64,000 nt of DNA from Bdellovibrionota bacterium (GCA_965207455.1 CBDBMJ010000001.1:128001-192000), one strand, 5' to 3'. Positions 28,269 to 38,781 are shown, counted from the first letter of the stretch. Notes: generated by a model from the letters alone, not told the origin. Numbers and translations: made by a program.

Positions 28269-30184
28269 TGATATTTCGCGGATTACATTTTTCAGACCCT
28301 TATTACCTTTTGTTGCTTTTGGCTTTAGTGCCCATTATTGGATTTTTATTCTTTACCCATAATACTCTTATCCAACGTCTTCAGAAAATACTGAGTTTAG
28401 AGCAAATCTATAAAAAAGAACTCATCACATCTTCTAGTAAAGCGCTCACAACTCCTATGATTTTATTTCTCCTTGCTCTTGCTTTATTTGTTTTAGCACT
28501 GGCCAGACCACAAGCAAATCCCACAGAGATGGAGGAGGAAATCCATGTATTGGATATCATGATACTCTTAGATACGTCCAAGAGTATGGCAACAGAAGAT
28601 ATTTATCCCAACCGGTTAGAAAAAGCACGGCATGCAATTTCCACCTTAATCGACAATGTAAAGGGAGATAGAATAGGTTTAATTGCTTTTGCTGGTGACG
28701 CAGTTTTAGTTTTTCCTCTTACTACTGATCATAGTATATTGAAAAACACTTTAAAGTCCATTGATACGGATACTATTGGACGACAGGGAACAAACCTAGA
28801 GCTAGCCATCACCACTGCCATGAATGCTTTTTTGAGAGGGTCCATAGAAAAAATTGGTGAGAGTGAGACATTTTATATAGTTATCTTCACCGATGGAGAG
28901 AATACCACAGGAAAGGCCATAACCTCTGTTGAAAAGGCATATAAAAATGGCGTGATCTCCAATATTGTTTCCATAGGAACGGATAAAGGTGCTCCCATAC
29001 CCATAAGAGATAGGAATGGCTTTTTGATTTCTTATAAAAAAAATAAATCGGGTGGCACTGTTATTTCTAAAGTGGATACTAAGGAGCTATCCCGTCTTGC
29101 CAAGAAAGGTGGTGGGAATTTGTATAGAGCAACAACCCAAGAATCGGAAATACGTTCTTTGGTAAAAAGCATGAGCTCTTTGGGGAGAATTGACGGAAAA
29201 ACTGCTAAGTTTATGGTGTATGAGGAATATTTTGTTATTCCTCTTTCTCTGGGCATTCTCCTTTTGCTTATTAGTTTTGTGCCTGTGCACGTATGGAAAA
29301 CTATTATTCGTTGGAGAGGGCGATCTTTGATTCCCTTTCTTTTGATTGTTGGAATGATGGGCGTTAGCGATAGTGCTTATTCTAATGAAAACACAGAGGG
29401 AGAACAGCAAGAAGGCCAGCAAGAAAGCCAGAGTATTCTTGATATGCCGCAGGATTTCAAAGAAGAAGAAAGGCTTGTAAAAATTCCTACCTTGTTTTTA
29501 TATCCTCCTCCTAAAAGCACATTATTTTTAAATGAAGAGGGGAAAAAATCTTTCTCTGCCATAGAAAAATATAAAGAAGGCGAGTACCAACGTTCCATGG
29601 AGTTATTTAATGAGTTATTGGTAGATGACCATCGCTCACCTGACCTGATCTATAATTCAGGAACTTCCATGATTGCAAGTGGCGAGCATGAAAAAGGGCG
29701 ATCTTTGTTGCGACTTTTAGAGAAAGCAACTATCCAAAGCATGGGAGAGTTTAATGAAGCCGGTTCCTACGGATTAGAAAAAAATAGAGGAAGGGCTATT
29801 CTTGGGTATGCGGATGTGGTAGAGAAATTGAGCGAAAAAAAAGAACTCTCTAAGGAAGAAAGTATCATTTTAGAACAAGCTAGAAAAAATCTAGAAATTC
29901 TAGTGATGGAGCAAAAGAAACAAAATAAAAAATCCCAGAAAAAAAATGATGGCAAAGGTAAGAATAAAGATAAGGATGGCAATAAAGGTGATAAAAAAGA
30001 TGAGAAAAATAAAAACTATATGGGTAAAAGGAAGAAATTTAAAGAGAATGAACAAGTATCCGAAGAAAATGCTGCAAGGATTTTAAAGGAATTGAGCTAT
30101 CAAGAATCTCTTTTGAAGAAAAAACTCCTTAGGCGCAGGACGAGGAATAAAAGACAGCAGTCCAGACCAGTAAAGGATTGGTAG
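28268..30184 (+). CDS. batB: VWA plus TPR protein (BatB/BatC-like fusion)
   Basis: DTSKSM, TDGE, TPR-like helices, Lys-rich linker, C-terminal KDW. Confidence 0.82.
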   Translation: MIFRGLHFSDPYYLLLLLALVPIIGFLFFTHNTLIQRLQKILSLEQIYKKELITSSSKALTTPMILFLLALALFVLALARPQANPTEMEEEIHVLDIMILLDTSKSMATEDIYPNRLEKARHAISTLIDNVKGDRIGLIAFAGDAVLVFPLTTDHSILKNTLKSIDTDTIGRQGTNLELAITTAMNAFLRGSIEKIGESETFYIVIFTDGENTTGKAITSVEKAYKNGVISNIVSIGTDKGAPIPIRDRNGFLISYKKNKSGGTVISKVDTKELSRLAKKGGGNLYRATTQESEIRSLVKSMSSLGRIDGKTAKFMVYEEYFVIPLSLGILLLLISFVPVHVWKTIIRWRGRSLIPFLLIVGMMGVSDSAYSNENTEGEQQEGQQESQSILDMPQDFKEEERLVKIPTLFLYPPPKSTLFLNEEGKKSFSAIEKYKEGEYQRSMELFNELLVDDHRSPDLIYNSGTSMIASGEHEKGRSLLRLLEKATIQSMGEFNEAGSYGLEKNRGRAILGYADVVEKLSEKKELSKEESIILEQARKNLEILVMEQKKQNKKSQKKNDGKGKNKDKDGNKGDKKDEKNKNYMGKRKKFKENEQVSEENAARILKELSYQESLLKKKLLRRRTRNKRQQSRPVKDW

Positions 30185-30201
30185 GAATTCGGTGAGCCTT
30201 T

Positions 30202-30957
30202 ATGAGAAATAAAAAGATTATTTTTCTATCCCTGTGTTTTTTAGTAGCAACGGGATTTGCCTATTTGCTGGTCACATTGCCGGATATATCGCCTATAGTG
30301 AGAGGATATCCTGTTACTCAACACAATAAAAAAGACAAAATAAGTATTACGGTCCAAAGACAAAAACCCCATAACTGGGTATCTTTAGAGTCTATTTCGC
30401 CAGAGGCCTCGGGGGCTGTTATAATCAGTGAGGATTGGGCGTTCTATGATCACTCAGGTTACGATCCACAACAAATATATAGGATAATTAAGGACAGTCT
30501 ATGGGCAATGAGGCTCACTCGAGGCGCAAGCACCATTACTCAGCAAGTGGCTAGAAATGTTTTTTTGACGAAAAACAAAACAATTATTCGTAAAATACGG
30601 GAGCTTTGCTTGGCGTACCAGATAGAAAAAAGAGTGAGCAAAAAAAGAATTTTAGAAATTTATTTTAATATTGCTCATTGGGGATATGGGATATTTGGTA
30701 TCAGAGATGCTTCGGAATTTTATTTCCAAAAGCTCCCTCTGGAATTAAATGCCAAAGAGGGAGCATTCCTTGCCATGCTTTTGCCCAGCCCCAAGCGCTA
30801 TAGCGTGTCTCACCGAGAAGGAAAGCTTTCTCCCTATGCCCAAAAAACTGTCGATACAATATTAGATAAAATGGTGCAAGCCCAGTATATTACCCAAGAG
30901 TACCGTGAAGAAATGGGCGCATTTCCTCTATTTGTGCAATTAACAGAAGAGCTTTAA
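30202..30957 (+). CDS. mtgA: Monofunctional peptidoglycan transglycosylase
   Basis: ISEDWAFYDH, GASTITQQVARN, RKIRE, RILEIYFN. Confidence 0.9.
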   Translation: MRNKKIIFLSLCFLVATGFAYLLVTLPDISPIVRGYPVTQHNKKDKISITVQRQKPHNWVSLESISPEASGAVIISEDWAFYDHSGYDPQQIYRIIKDSLWAMRLTRGASTITQQVARNVFLTKNKTIIRKIRELCLAYQIEKRVSKKRILEIYFNIAHWGYGIFGIRDASEFYFQKLPLELNAKEGAFLAMLLPSPKRYSVSHREGKLSPYAQKTVDTILDKMVQAQYITQEYREEMGAFPLFVQLTEEL

Positions 30958-31002
30958 CTGTTCTCTAAAGAAGGCTTTTATATATTTGTAATAAACTATG
31001 AT

Positions 31003-31503
31003 TTATTTAGCACCATCAATTAGTACTGTGGTATAGTTCACATCAGAGTCAGATATGAGATGTTTATCCTCTGTTGAAATATCCACGATGGCAGCACCAT
31101 TTTCAGTCAAAATCGCAGCCATGTCAAAGAATCCTAAAGCAAGATTCAGAGTTAAAGCTGCGACTGTAAAAAGCGCACAGCCGATTACTGCGGCAGCAAT
31201 TGTGAAAGCAGCCGATACTGCAATTATACTCAAGATCAACGGTAAGCCGCTTACAGCAGCAACTGAAGCAGCAGATAAAAGAACGGCGCTAGTAGAAGAA
31301 ATGAAGCCAGCTATAAGAGTGGAGGGAGGGACAACTAGAGTAGCAAAAAGTCCAGCTTCATAGCATACATTCTTTATAAGAGGCGAGATTCATTCAGATT
31401 TTCCTTCGGTACCAGTAGTGTTGGAATATCCGGTTGTTGGTAGTGCTATGGAAAATACCATCACTAGAATTATTACCATATTTTTGCTTCGTCGATTTTT
31501 AAT
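31003..31503 (-). pseudogene. Ala-rich hydrophobic secreted/membrane protein with an in-frame TGA and an ATT at the start position
   Basis: AAGGAG RBS then ATT-KNRRSKNMVIILVMVFSIALP...; single TGA at 31390-31392; same frame continues into ORF 31003-31239. Confidence 0.65.
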
Positions 31504-31539
31504 AATATATCTCCTTCTTGATAAATAAATTTGTTGAGC

Positions 31540-32013
31540 TTAAAATCCTCTAGTATCGAACATAATCTCCAAACGCTCATCTTTTGATTTAAATCTTGCT
31601 TCTCCAATCTCCACTATGAAATCAGCGAGTTCATCTTCTGTCATTTTGCCCTGTACTGGGATTATGGCATCCCTTAAAATGTCATACTCCATATATGTGA
31701 GGTAACATTCAATAGGAAGTGTGATGGCTATGATCGGAAGTATTACCCACCAGGTTTTTACTGCCAGTCCTATTAATATTCCACTCCCATAAACTGCATC
31801 CTTAGTTGCACTCATAACAGATGTTCCTCTATCCAGACTGTAATTATTCCAACAGCTAAATTCTCCGTTTTTTACAGATAGGAACTCATAGGGCTCGAGT
31901 CTTCGAGATGATTTTGGTACGGGTTTTTCATCTATATCTCTAGTTGCGGTTGCAAGCTCTGGAATAAGCAAGGTCAAGCAGAGTAATATACTTATTATTT
32001 TTTCTTTTTTCAT
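31540..32013 (-). CDS. Secreted/membrane hypothetical protein, family C
   Basis: Signal peptide, central hydrophobic segment, similarity to 19401-19969. Confidence 0.8.
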   Translation of the reverse strand: MKKEKIISILLCLTLLIPELATATRDIDEKPVPKSSRRLEPYEFLSVKNGEFSCWNNYSLDRGTSVMSATKDAVYGSGILIGLAVKTWWVILPIIAITLPIECYLTYMEYDILRDAIIPVQGKMTEDELADFIVEIGEARFKSKDERLEIMFDTRGF

Positions 32014-32073
32014 TTTTTCCCCTCTATCTTTACTTTTTAGTTAAAAATGATCTTGGCCACATGTATTTATTAG

Positions 32074-32089
32074 TGCAAATAGCATGCCA
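32074..32089 (-). promoter_or_regulatory. Sigma54 promoter
   Basis: TGGCATGCTATTTGCA; IHF-like site near 32135-32149; palindrome TGTCTA-N5-TAGACA at 32212-32228. Confidence 0.75.
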
Positions 32090-32295
32090 AGTGCGTTCGC
32101 TGAGGCAGCAGAACGAGGAAGAAAAAATCCTTTCATTTCGGCTATTTAGGCTGGTTTTTTGGATTTCTGTACTCAGGTTTACAGAAGAACAGCATACCCA
32201 GCAACTTGTATTGTCTAAAGAATAGACAGTTGCTTAGAGTTTTTGCATTTGATTACAAAAGACAGAAAAATGGTCTGGCTTGTGTTTATTAATGC

Positions 32296-32579
32296 TTATT
32301 GCAAAGGTATAAGAATAGCGCCAGCAGTGTTAGGATCTTTAAGTTTAGCTTTAAAAATATCGGCAGTTGCCACAGAAATCAGGCCATCATACAGAAGACT
32401 ATCCACCTCATAGTTGCTCTGAATCTTAAGGGCGTTAGCGGAACAACCAAGCTGTATATATGTCTTGATTGCTGTTTCAGATTTTCTTTGGTCTTCACTA
32501 CTAGATTAGCTCCGTAAATATTGAGTGTTGATTTAGGATACTCACATATTTCATTTATATCGCTATAGTGATATAATTT
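32296..32579 (-). pseudogene. C-terminal fragment of a family D paralog, frameshifted
   Basis: KLYHYSDINEICEYPKSTLNI, then frameshift, then SSEDQRK..TYIQLGC..YEVDSLLYDGLIS..IPLQ*; begins directly after the stop of 32580-33302. Confidence 0.75.
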
Positions 32580-33302
32580 TTATTTTCCATTATTTACGGG
32601 TATATAAACTGGATTCTTTCCAGAAGTTGCAAAATAGTTTTTGGCACTATTGGCATCTCTTTCAGTAATCACCCCATCATGTAGAAGAGAGTCCACAGCA
32701 TATGCGTCAACAAGTTTATAATATTCAATATAACAGCCCTTCTCTTTATATGTCTTAACTGTCCTTATAACTTTTCTTTGCTCCTCACTATTAGTATTAG
32801 ATCTGGATATATTGCGTGTTGATTTAGCATATCCACATGTTTCATTTATATAATTATAGCTTTCCACTAAGTCTTTACCTTTAAGTTGGAGCTCTCTATC
32901 CTCTTTACCTTTAAATTTAAGTATGTCTTTTTTAAACTCATCCTTATCTAGATTGTGAAAATGAGCCTTGACTATGTTATAATTTGTTTCTTCTCCTAGA
33001 ACTGCAGAGGGTATGGTGAGTATAAGAGCAGCAATAGATATGTGGTTAAAAGTGCGAGTTATACGTCTACCACCTTCTCTCATAAGTGAGTTAGCTCCCT
33101 TACTATTATTTCTTTGTTCATAGAGGTCATCACTCAATAGACCAAAATGAATAAACCGAGAGATGAATGCAGTGGTAAACATAGCTCCACCTATCATGAA
33201 GCCAGAACCTTCTGTTTCAATAAGTGTCGCTCCAGATGCATATTCCGGGCTAATCAAAGCTAGGGCAGCGAGTATGCAAATTATATTTTTTATTTTCTTC
33301 AT
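32580..33302 (-). CDS. Family D (ISPEYASGA) secreted/membrane protein
   Basis: AAAGGAG RBS, ATG 33302; signal peptide, two hydrophobic segments, two-Cys C-terminal domain. Confidence 0.82.
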   Translation of the reverse strand: MKKIKNIICILAALALISPEYASGATLIETEGSGFMIGGAMFTTAFISRFIHFGLLSDDLYEQRNNSKGANSLMREGGRRITRTFNHISIAALILTIPSAVLGEETNYNIVKAHFHNLDKDEFKKDILKFKGKEDRELQLKGKDLVESYNYINETCGYAKSTRNISRSNTNSEEQRKVIRTVKTYKEKGCYIEYYKLVDAYAVDSLLHDGVITERDANSAKNYFATSGKNPVYIPVNNGK

Positions 33303-33491
33303 TTTATTTTCTCCTTTGTTCATTGTAAGTTTATGGTCGAAAATTAAGTGCGAAGCATTAGTTCTCACCATCTCCCAGTAGACAGCTATTATATCCCAAA
33401 AGATGCGTCGCGTCAAGTATTATTTAGGATCGCGGGGTTAAAAATAAAAAATTCTTTTATTTCAGCTACTTATGCTTGTCAGAATTGTTAT

Positions 33492-34169
33492 TTATAGAAG
33501 TATAGGAACAATCTTGTACTGACCTTTATTGATAGCATCTTGAAGTTGTTTTTTTGCAATATCGGCATTGTGCTCAGTAATCATTCCATCATGTAGAAGA
33601 GTGCCCACATCATATGTGTTGTCCACTAAAATAAACTCATAAGGGCAGCCTCTCTCTATATATGCATCAATTTGGATTTCTTTCTGTTCTTCATCACTAA
33701 TATTAGTCGTTGTTGTATCAAGTGTTAGTTCAACATCACATTCTCCATTTATATAGTGATAACTTTCTGCTAGGTTTTTATCTTCAAGTTGGAGTTTTCT
33801 TTCCTCCTGACCCTTAAATTCAACTATGTTTTGTGAAAGCAGAACTAAGTCTAGATTTTTAGGATCTCCCGTGAAGATTCCTTCCCGATCAGCCTCTGAT
33901 CCAAAAACGGCAGAAGAGACAAAGAGGATAAGGGCACCCTGAATAAGTCCACCAGCGATAGAACTCGCTATTAGAGTAGGTTTTTTTCTATTCATGAGCG
34001 TCAAGGTAATACCAGGCGTAAGCAACATAACTCCGCTCATTCCCATTACAGACGATAGCTTATCAACAGTACTGTTAGGATTATTCGATGATAGTGCGCC
34101 AGATGCATATTCTGGACTGATCAAAGCTAGAGCAACTAATACACAAAATATACTTTTTATTTTCTTCAT
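33492..34169 (-). CDS. Family D secreted/membrane protein
   Basis: Same architecture; ATG 34169; upstream region near-identical to that of 32580-33302. Confidence 0.82.
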   Translation of the reverse strand: MKKIKSIFCVLVALALISPEYASGALSSNNPNSTVDKLSSVMGMSGVMLLTPGITLTLMNRKKPTLIASSIAGGLIQGALILFVSSAVFGSEADREGIFTGDPKNLDLVLLSQNIVEFKGQEERKLQLEDKNLAESYHYINGECDVELTLDTTTTNISDEEQKEIQIDAYIERGCPYEFILVDNTYDVGTLLHDGMITEHNADIAKKQLQDAINKGQYKIVPILL

Positions 34170-34349
34170 TTTATTTTCTCCTTTGTTCATATGTAAGTTT
34201 ATGGTCGAAAATTAAGCGCGACGCATTATTTCTCACCAGACAGCTACTATACTCTAAAAGAGCGGACACATCAAGTATTATTTAGGGTCGCAGGGTTAAA
34301 AATGAAAAATTCTTTTATTTCAGCTATTTATGCTTGTCAGAATTGTTAT

Positions 34350-35048
34350 TTATAGAGGTATAGGAACAGTTCTATGCTGACCTTTATTGATGGCAATTTG
34401 AATTTGTCCTATTGCAATGTTGGCATTGTTCTCAGTAATCACTCCCTCATGTACAAGAGTGTTCACATCATATATGTTGTCAATTAAAAGAAACTCACGA
34501 GGGCAGCCTATCTTTATATATGCATCAACTACTTCTGGAGATCTTTCCTGGTCTTCATCATTAATAGTAGCCATTGGCGTATCAGGTGTTGGTTCAGCGT
34601 CGCATTTTTCATTTATATAGTGATAAATTTTTGCTAGGGTTTTACCTTCAAGTTGGCGTTCTCTTTCCTTCTGACCCTTAAATTCAATTATATCCTGTGC
34701 AAGCAGATCGGTGTTTAGATATTCATAATCACCGAGGAATACTCTATACTCTGGAACTGATCCGTAACTCAAAGAAATCACAGCGGCATAAAGAGAAATA
34801 AAAATCAACACAGTAGTGGTACGGCCAAAGTGACGAATAATTCTTGTGCTAGCTGATTTGGGGTTCATGCTTTTGGCTTTTTTCTTTACTTCCTTGTTAA
34901 GCTTGAAACCGAGTGCGGCAGTGGCTAGCGCTCCAACAGATACTATTCCTACAGAAGCGGCCTCCGTCTTCTCTGCAAGCATAGCTCCAGATGCATATTC
35001 CGGGCTAATCAAAGCTAGGGCAGTGAGTATACAAATTATATTTTTTAT
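34350..35048 (-). pseudogene. Family D paralog lacking its ATG
   Basis: 9-nt deletion (taaaatgaa) after the GGAG RBS relative to paralogs; rest of ORF intact; ATA at 35048 is in frame. Confidence 0.65.
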
Positions 35049-35347
35049 TTTCTTTTCTCCTTTGCTTGCAGCTTGGTTTTGTCGGTAAAGTTATGATGCG
35101 TCGAATTGTCAGACTCACTGTATCTAAAGTCAGGAAAATAGCAAGTATTATTTTAATTTTTTTGCTCTGAGCTGATTTATGGAAACCTTTTTATTTCAGC
35201 TATTTATGCAACAACACCCATTATTTGCGGATATTTTGCTTCACATTATAGAAAAATCAGCTTTTTATTGCTGCTCATCGACTAAAAAATAGGTTTTTGT
35301 CTGAAAGGGGAGTTATTAGATTTCTGGGTTTGATTGAGTGCTCCTCA

Positions 35348-37288
35348 ATGAAGTATAATAAGTACTTAATGGCGATATTCTTAAAATTTATGGCAAGTAT
35401 TTTTTTCCTCTGGACCTGCGGTTCTCCTGCCTTGGGAAAGGTTCCGGAGATACGAGTCAGTGCAAGTCCTAATCCCGTATCTCAGGGGGAAAATGTATCT
35501 TTGAAAATTTCTGTGCGTTTGAGCAGCACGGAGCAAATAAGCGCTCCCACGTTCCAAGCGCCAGGCTTTACGATTGTGGGGAAGAATAGTTCTTTAGATA
35601 TTACAACCACGATGATTGGAAATAAAATTTCACCGCAACGGAGGAATACCTATATTTATATACTATCGCCCCGGTCTGTTGGTAAGCATATCATTAGTGA
35701 TATTCGGGTGCGGGTAGGTTCTGGAGTCTATCGAGCTTCCAACCTTACGATTGACGTGAAAAAAGGAAATAAGAGGCGCAGCACTCAGTTGCTTGCAAGG
35801 CAACAGCCGCAACAGCCGAATAGATCCCGAGGAAATACAGCACGAGGAAACACAGCACGGCGAAACCAAGGGAGGAATAATCCCAACAATAACTCCAATA
35901 GTTCAAATATAAAGGTTAGCCTAGAGCTGAGTAAAAGAGTGGTTTTTATTGGAGAACCTATTATTGCGGAATACTATGTATACGATTTCAATAGTGTGCG
36001 GGGTTTGAGTGTAAAACAATGGCCCACTTTCGACGGGTTTTGGAAAGAAGACTTGGAGATTCCTTCTTCGAGGCATGAGTTTAGGTCTGTTTATAAAGAT
36101 GGAAAGCGTATGCGTAGAGCCCTGCTTGCCCGGTTTGCGCTCTATCCTCTTAAAGTGGGCAATATTGCTGTGGATACGCTTACCGCAAATGTTGATGTTG
36201 CTGTTCGGAATAGAGCGAATAATTTTCCCGGGTTTTCTAACTTCACTTTTTTTAATTTCAATGGTGTGCAAAGAAAGATCCTTACCAGTAAAAAAGACTT
36301 TGTTGTGGTAGATCCGTTGCCAAAGAAAGGAAGGCCAGCTAATTTTACTGGTGCGGTGGGGAAGTTTCAGTTCACTATCAATTCCAGCAGGAATCAAGTA
36401 ATGGAGGATGAAGCCATTACATTAAAGGTGCATGTGCAGGGAACGGGAAATTTTCAAGCTATAGAGCGACCCAACATTAAACTTCCCCCAGAGTTTGAAA
36501 TATATGACACGGAAACAAAGGTTCAACAGCATGCCCGCAGGGGAGAGCGTATTCCATTAAGAAAAGAAAAGAGATTTAATACTTTAGTAATTCCCAGAAA
36601 AGCAGGTCTTTATACCATTCCGTCGATTGAATGGAGTTTTTTCGACGTGGAAGAGAAAAAATATAAAACAATTAATACGAGAGCTATTGAGATCAGGGTG
36701 ACTGAAAATAAAAACAGAGTTTCCAAAGGGCCAGATCTAGTGGAAGGCATGGATAAAGTTTATGTGGAGCCAAATAAGGAATATCGATACCTGAAGTCAG
36801 TAGAAGAAATCCAATCTTCTTCCACGATTGTTACAAAGGGAAGATTGGAGAAAGCTACACAAGTTTTAGCCCTCGCTAATTTTTTGTTGGTGCTTGCCCT
36901 GCTGGGATCGCCCGCTTCCAATTTTATACAAAACAGATTTTCTGTTAGCCCTAGGAAGGCAAAAATAAGAGCTGCTATTTATGGTTTAAGTAAGGGAAGG
37001 AAAAATAAACAGATGAATGGTAGGGAGTTGGAAAAAGCTATCTATACTTACATCAGTATTTGTTTGCAAAAGGATAGCTCAGGGATGACAAATCAGGAGA
37101 TCAGAGAGGATTGGACGAAAAGTGGTGTTGGAGCAAATGAGCTCGATGCTCCGTCTATAGAAGTGCTCACCCAATGGTTAGAAGATTGTCAGGAAAGTCA
37201 GTTTGCTTTATACAGTAAGGTTAATAGGAAAGAATTATTAAAAAACATGAAAACCATGGGCATCTTATTGAAGGCAAAGCTTACTTAA
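35348..37288 (+). CDS. batD: BatD family protein
   Basis: Signal peptide, Ig-like BatD repeats, GAVGKF, GTGN. Confidence 0.85.
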   Translation: MKYNKYLMAIFLKFMASIFFLWTCGSPALGKVPEIRVSASPNPVSQGENVSLKISVRLSSTEQISAPTFQAPGFTIVGKNSSLDITTTMIGNKISPQRRNTYIYILSPRSVGKHIISDIRVRVGSGVYRASNLTIDVKKGNKRRSTQLLARQQPQQPNRSRGNTARGNTARRNQGRNNPNNNSNSSNIKVSLELSKRVVFIGEPIIAEYYVYDFNSVRGLSVKQWPTFDGFWKEDLEIPSSRHEFRSVYKDGKRMRRALLARFALYPLKVGNIAVDTLTANVDVAVRNRANNFPGFSNFTFFNFNGVQRKILTSKKDFVVVDPLPKKGRPANFTGAVGKFQFTINSSRNQVMEDEAITLKVHVQGTGNFQAIERPNIKLPPEFEIYDTETKVQQHARRGERIPLRKEKRFNTLVIPRKAGLYTIPSIEWSFFDVEEKKYKTINTRAIEIRVTENKNRVSKGPDLVEGMDKVYVEPNKEYRYLKSVEEIQSSSTIVTKGRLEKATQVLALANFLLVLALLGSPASNFIQNRFSVSPRKAKIRAAIYGLSKGRKNKQMNGRELEKAIYTYISICLQKDSSGMTNQEIREDWTKSGVGANELDAPSIEVLTQWLEDCQESQFALYSKVNRKELLKNMKTMGILLKAKLT

Positions 37289-37291
37289 TAC

Positions 37292-38242
37292 CTAGCTTCC
37301 TTGGATCACTAAAAATATATATCCTACCCAGCCTGTGGTTAACACCAAGCCTGCGCCACGGGATATTTTTTTAAAAAATAGCAGTAGTCCAAATATGAGC
37401 AGGGAAAAACCAAGCATAAACCAAATATCAAATTCTAAAACTTTTGGAGTAATGGACACAGCTTTACCCACACTGGATATTCCCAGCACAAAGAAAATAT
37501 TATAAATATTGGATCCAATTAAATTTCCAATGACTAGGTCGTGGCTTTTCTTAATGGAGCCAATGATGGAGGTGACGATTTCTGGAAGTGTGGTACCCAC
37601 TGCCACGATGGTGAGTCCAATGATTCGTTCACTTAGTCCCAGTTCTTTGGCAATGCTCACGGATCCTTCAAGGGCAAAGTGTCCGCCGATGAAAAGAAAA
37701 ATGAGACCAAGTGCAAGTAAGCCGTAGGTGGAAACAATGGATATGCTTGTGGTTTCTTTTTTTCCTCCTTTTTTTGCCAAGTATATCATCAGCAGGGTAA
37801 ACATGAGGGCGCACAGGAGAAGGATGATTCCCTCCACAGGAACCACCATTAAATCCCAGGTAAAGGCAAGCAGTAGGGCAGAGGCAAACAACATAATGGG
37901 TAGTTCTATTTTTAGTATGGACTCGCTTGTGGGAATGGTAGAGATAATGGCTGCTCCACCTAGCACAAGGGCGATGTTGGCAATATTGGATCCAATTACA
38001 TTTGTTACCACGATGTCGCCATTGCCGTTTATGGAGGCAAGAAGGGAGACAACAGCCTCAGGTAGGGAAGTGCCAATAGCCACCACGGTTAGGCCAATAA
38101 TGATTGGACGCACTCCATAGTACCGAGCAATTTTTGTGGCGTTATCGACGAGAAAGCTTCCTCCTGTGAGGAGTAATGTGAAGCCTAAAAAAATATAGAA
38201 AATGAAAAGAGTCACGAAGAGCTTTGTTGGGGAAGGGTCCAT
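37292..38242 (-). CDS. Ca2+/Na+ antiporter (YrbG-like)
   Basis: Two alpha repeats, GTSLPE/GSNIAN and GTTLPE/GSNIYN. Confidence 0.92.
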   Translation of the reverse strand: MDPSPTKLFVTLFIFYIFLGFTLLLTGGSFLVDNATKIARYYGVRPIIIGLTVVAIGTSLPEAVVSLLASINGNGDIVVTNVIGSNIANIALVLGGAAIISTIPTSESILKIELPIMLFASALLLAFTWDLMVVPVEGIILLLCALMFTLLMIYLAKKGGKKETTSISIVSTYGLLALGLIFLFIGGHFALEGSVSIAKELGLSERIIGLTIVAVGTTLPEIVTSIIGSIKKSHDLVIGNLIGSNIYNIFFVLGISSVGKAVSITPKVLEFDIWFMLGFSLLIFGLLLFFKKISRGAGLVLTTGWVGYIFLVIQGS

Positions 38243-38781
38243 CGGTGTTGAGCCCAGTAGTAGCTAAAGAAAATAACGGAAGACCAGACTACGTCGCCTA
38301 AAAGGGCATAATGTAAAAACGGAATTGCGGCAGTGTATGTGGCAATGAAGCCGCTGAATGTGGGTGGGTAGAGGGCAGAGGTGAGCCAGACACCGAAGTT
38401 TGTCCAGATCCAAAAAAATAGTGAGGCAGTGAGTACGGTTCCAGCTCGTCCTAGGACGGAAAAGGAGCGGGTATAGCGTCCTCCAATTAGGATAATGAAA
38501 AACCCGGAGTAGGTGAAAAGGGACCACCAGCCTAGCATGCTATGGCCATGCAAGTAGGAGAGCAGTAGGTCTGAAATAAGCATCATGGAGAGGAAAAATA
38601 GGAAGGAGGATTTTTTATTTAAATGGATGCCGGAGAATAAACATAGGGCTGTTGTGGGAGTGAAGTTGGGCAGGTGGGGAATAATACGAGCCAAGACTCC
38701 AAAGCCAAGCCACCAGAAGGGAAGTGTGCCGGTGGGGGGTATATTGGCGAGGGGAGGTTTTTTTCTTATTGGTGGTTTCAT
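38212..38781 (-). CDS. Putative transport membrane protein (DUF6580-like)
   Basis: RIIPHLPNFTP, SD, TNFGVW, YPPT..G..Y..AIPF. Confidence 0.75.
   Translation of the reverse strand: MKPPIRKKPPLANIPPTGTLPFWWLGFGVLARIIPHLPNFTPTTALCLFSGIHLNKKSSFLFFLSMMLISDLLLSYLHGHSMLGWWSLFTYSGFFIILIGGRYTRSFSVLGRAGTVLTASLFFWIWTNFGVWLTSALYPPTFSGFIATYTAAIPFLHYALLGDVVWSSVIFFSYYWAQHRWTLPQQSSS

Noticed and set aside
31055..31363. Plus-strand 102-aa ORF
   Set aside because: Antisense shadow of the Ala-rich minus-strand pseudogene
31390..31392. TGA recoding (code 4/25 or selenocysteine)
   Set aside because: TGA terminates intact genes here (add, DUF58, rsfS); the degraded start codon favours decay
32299..32517. Plus-strand 72-aa ORF
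   Set aside because: Antisense to the family D fragment
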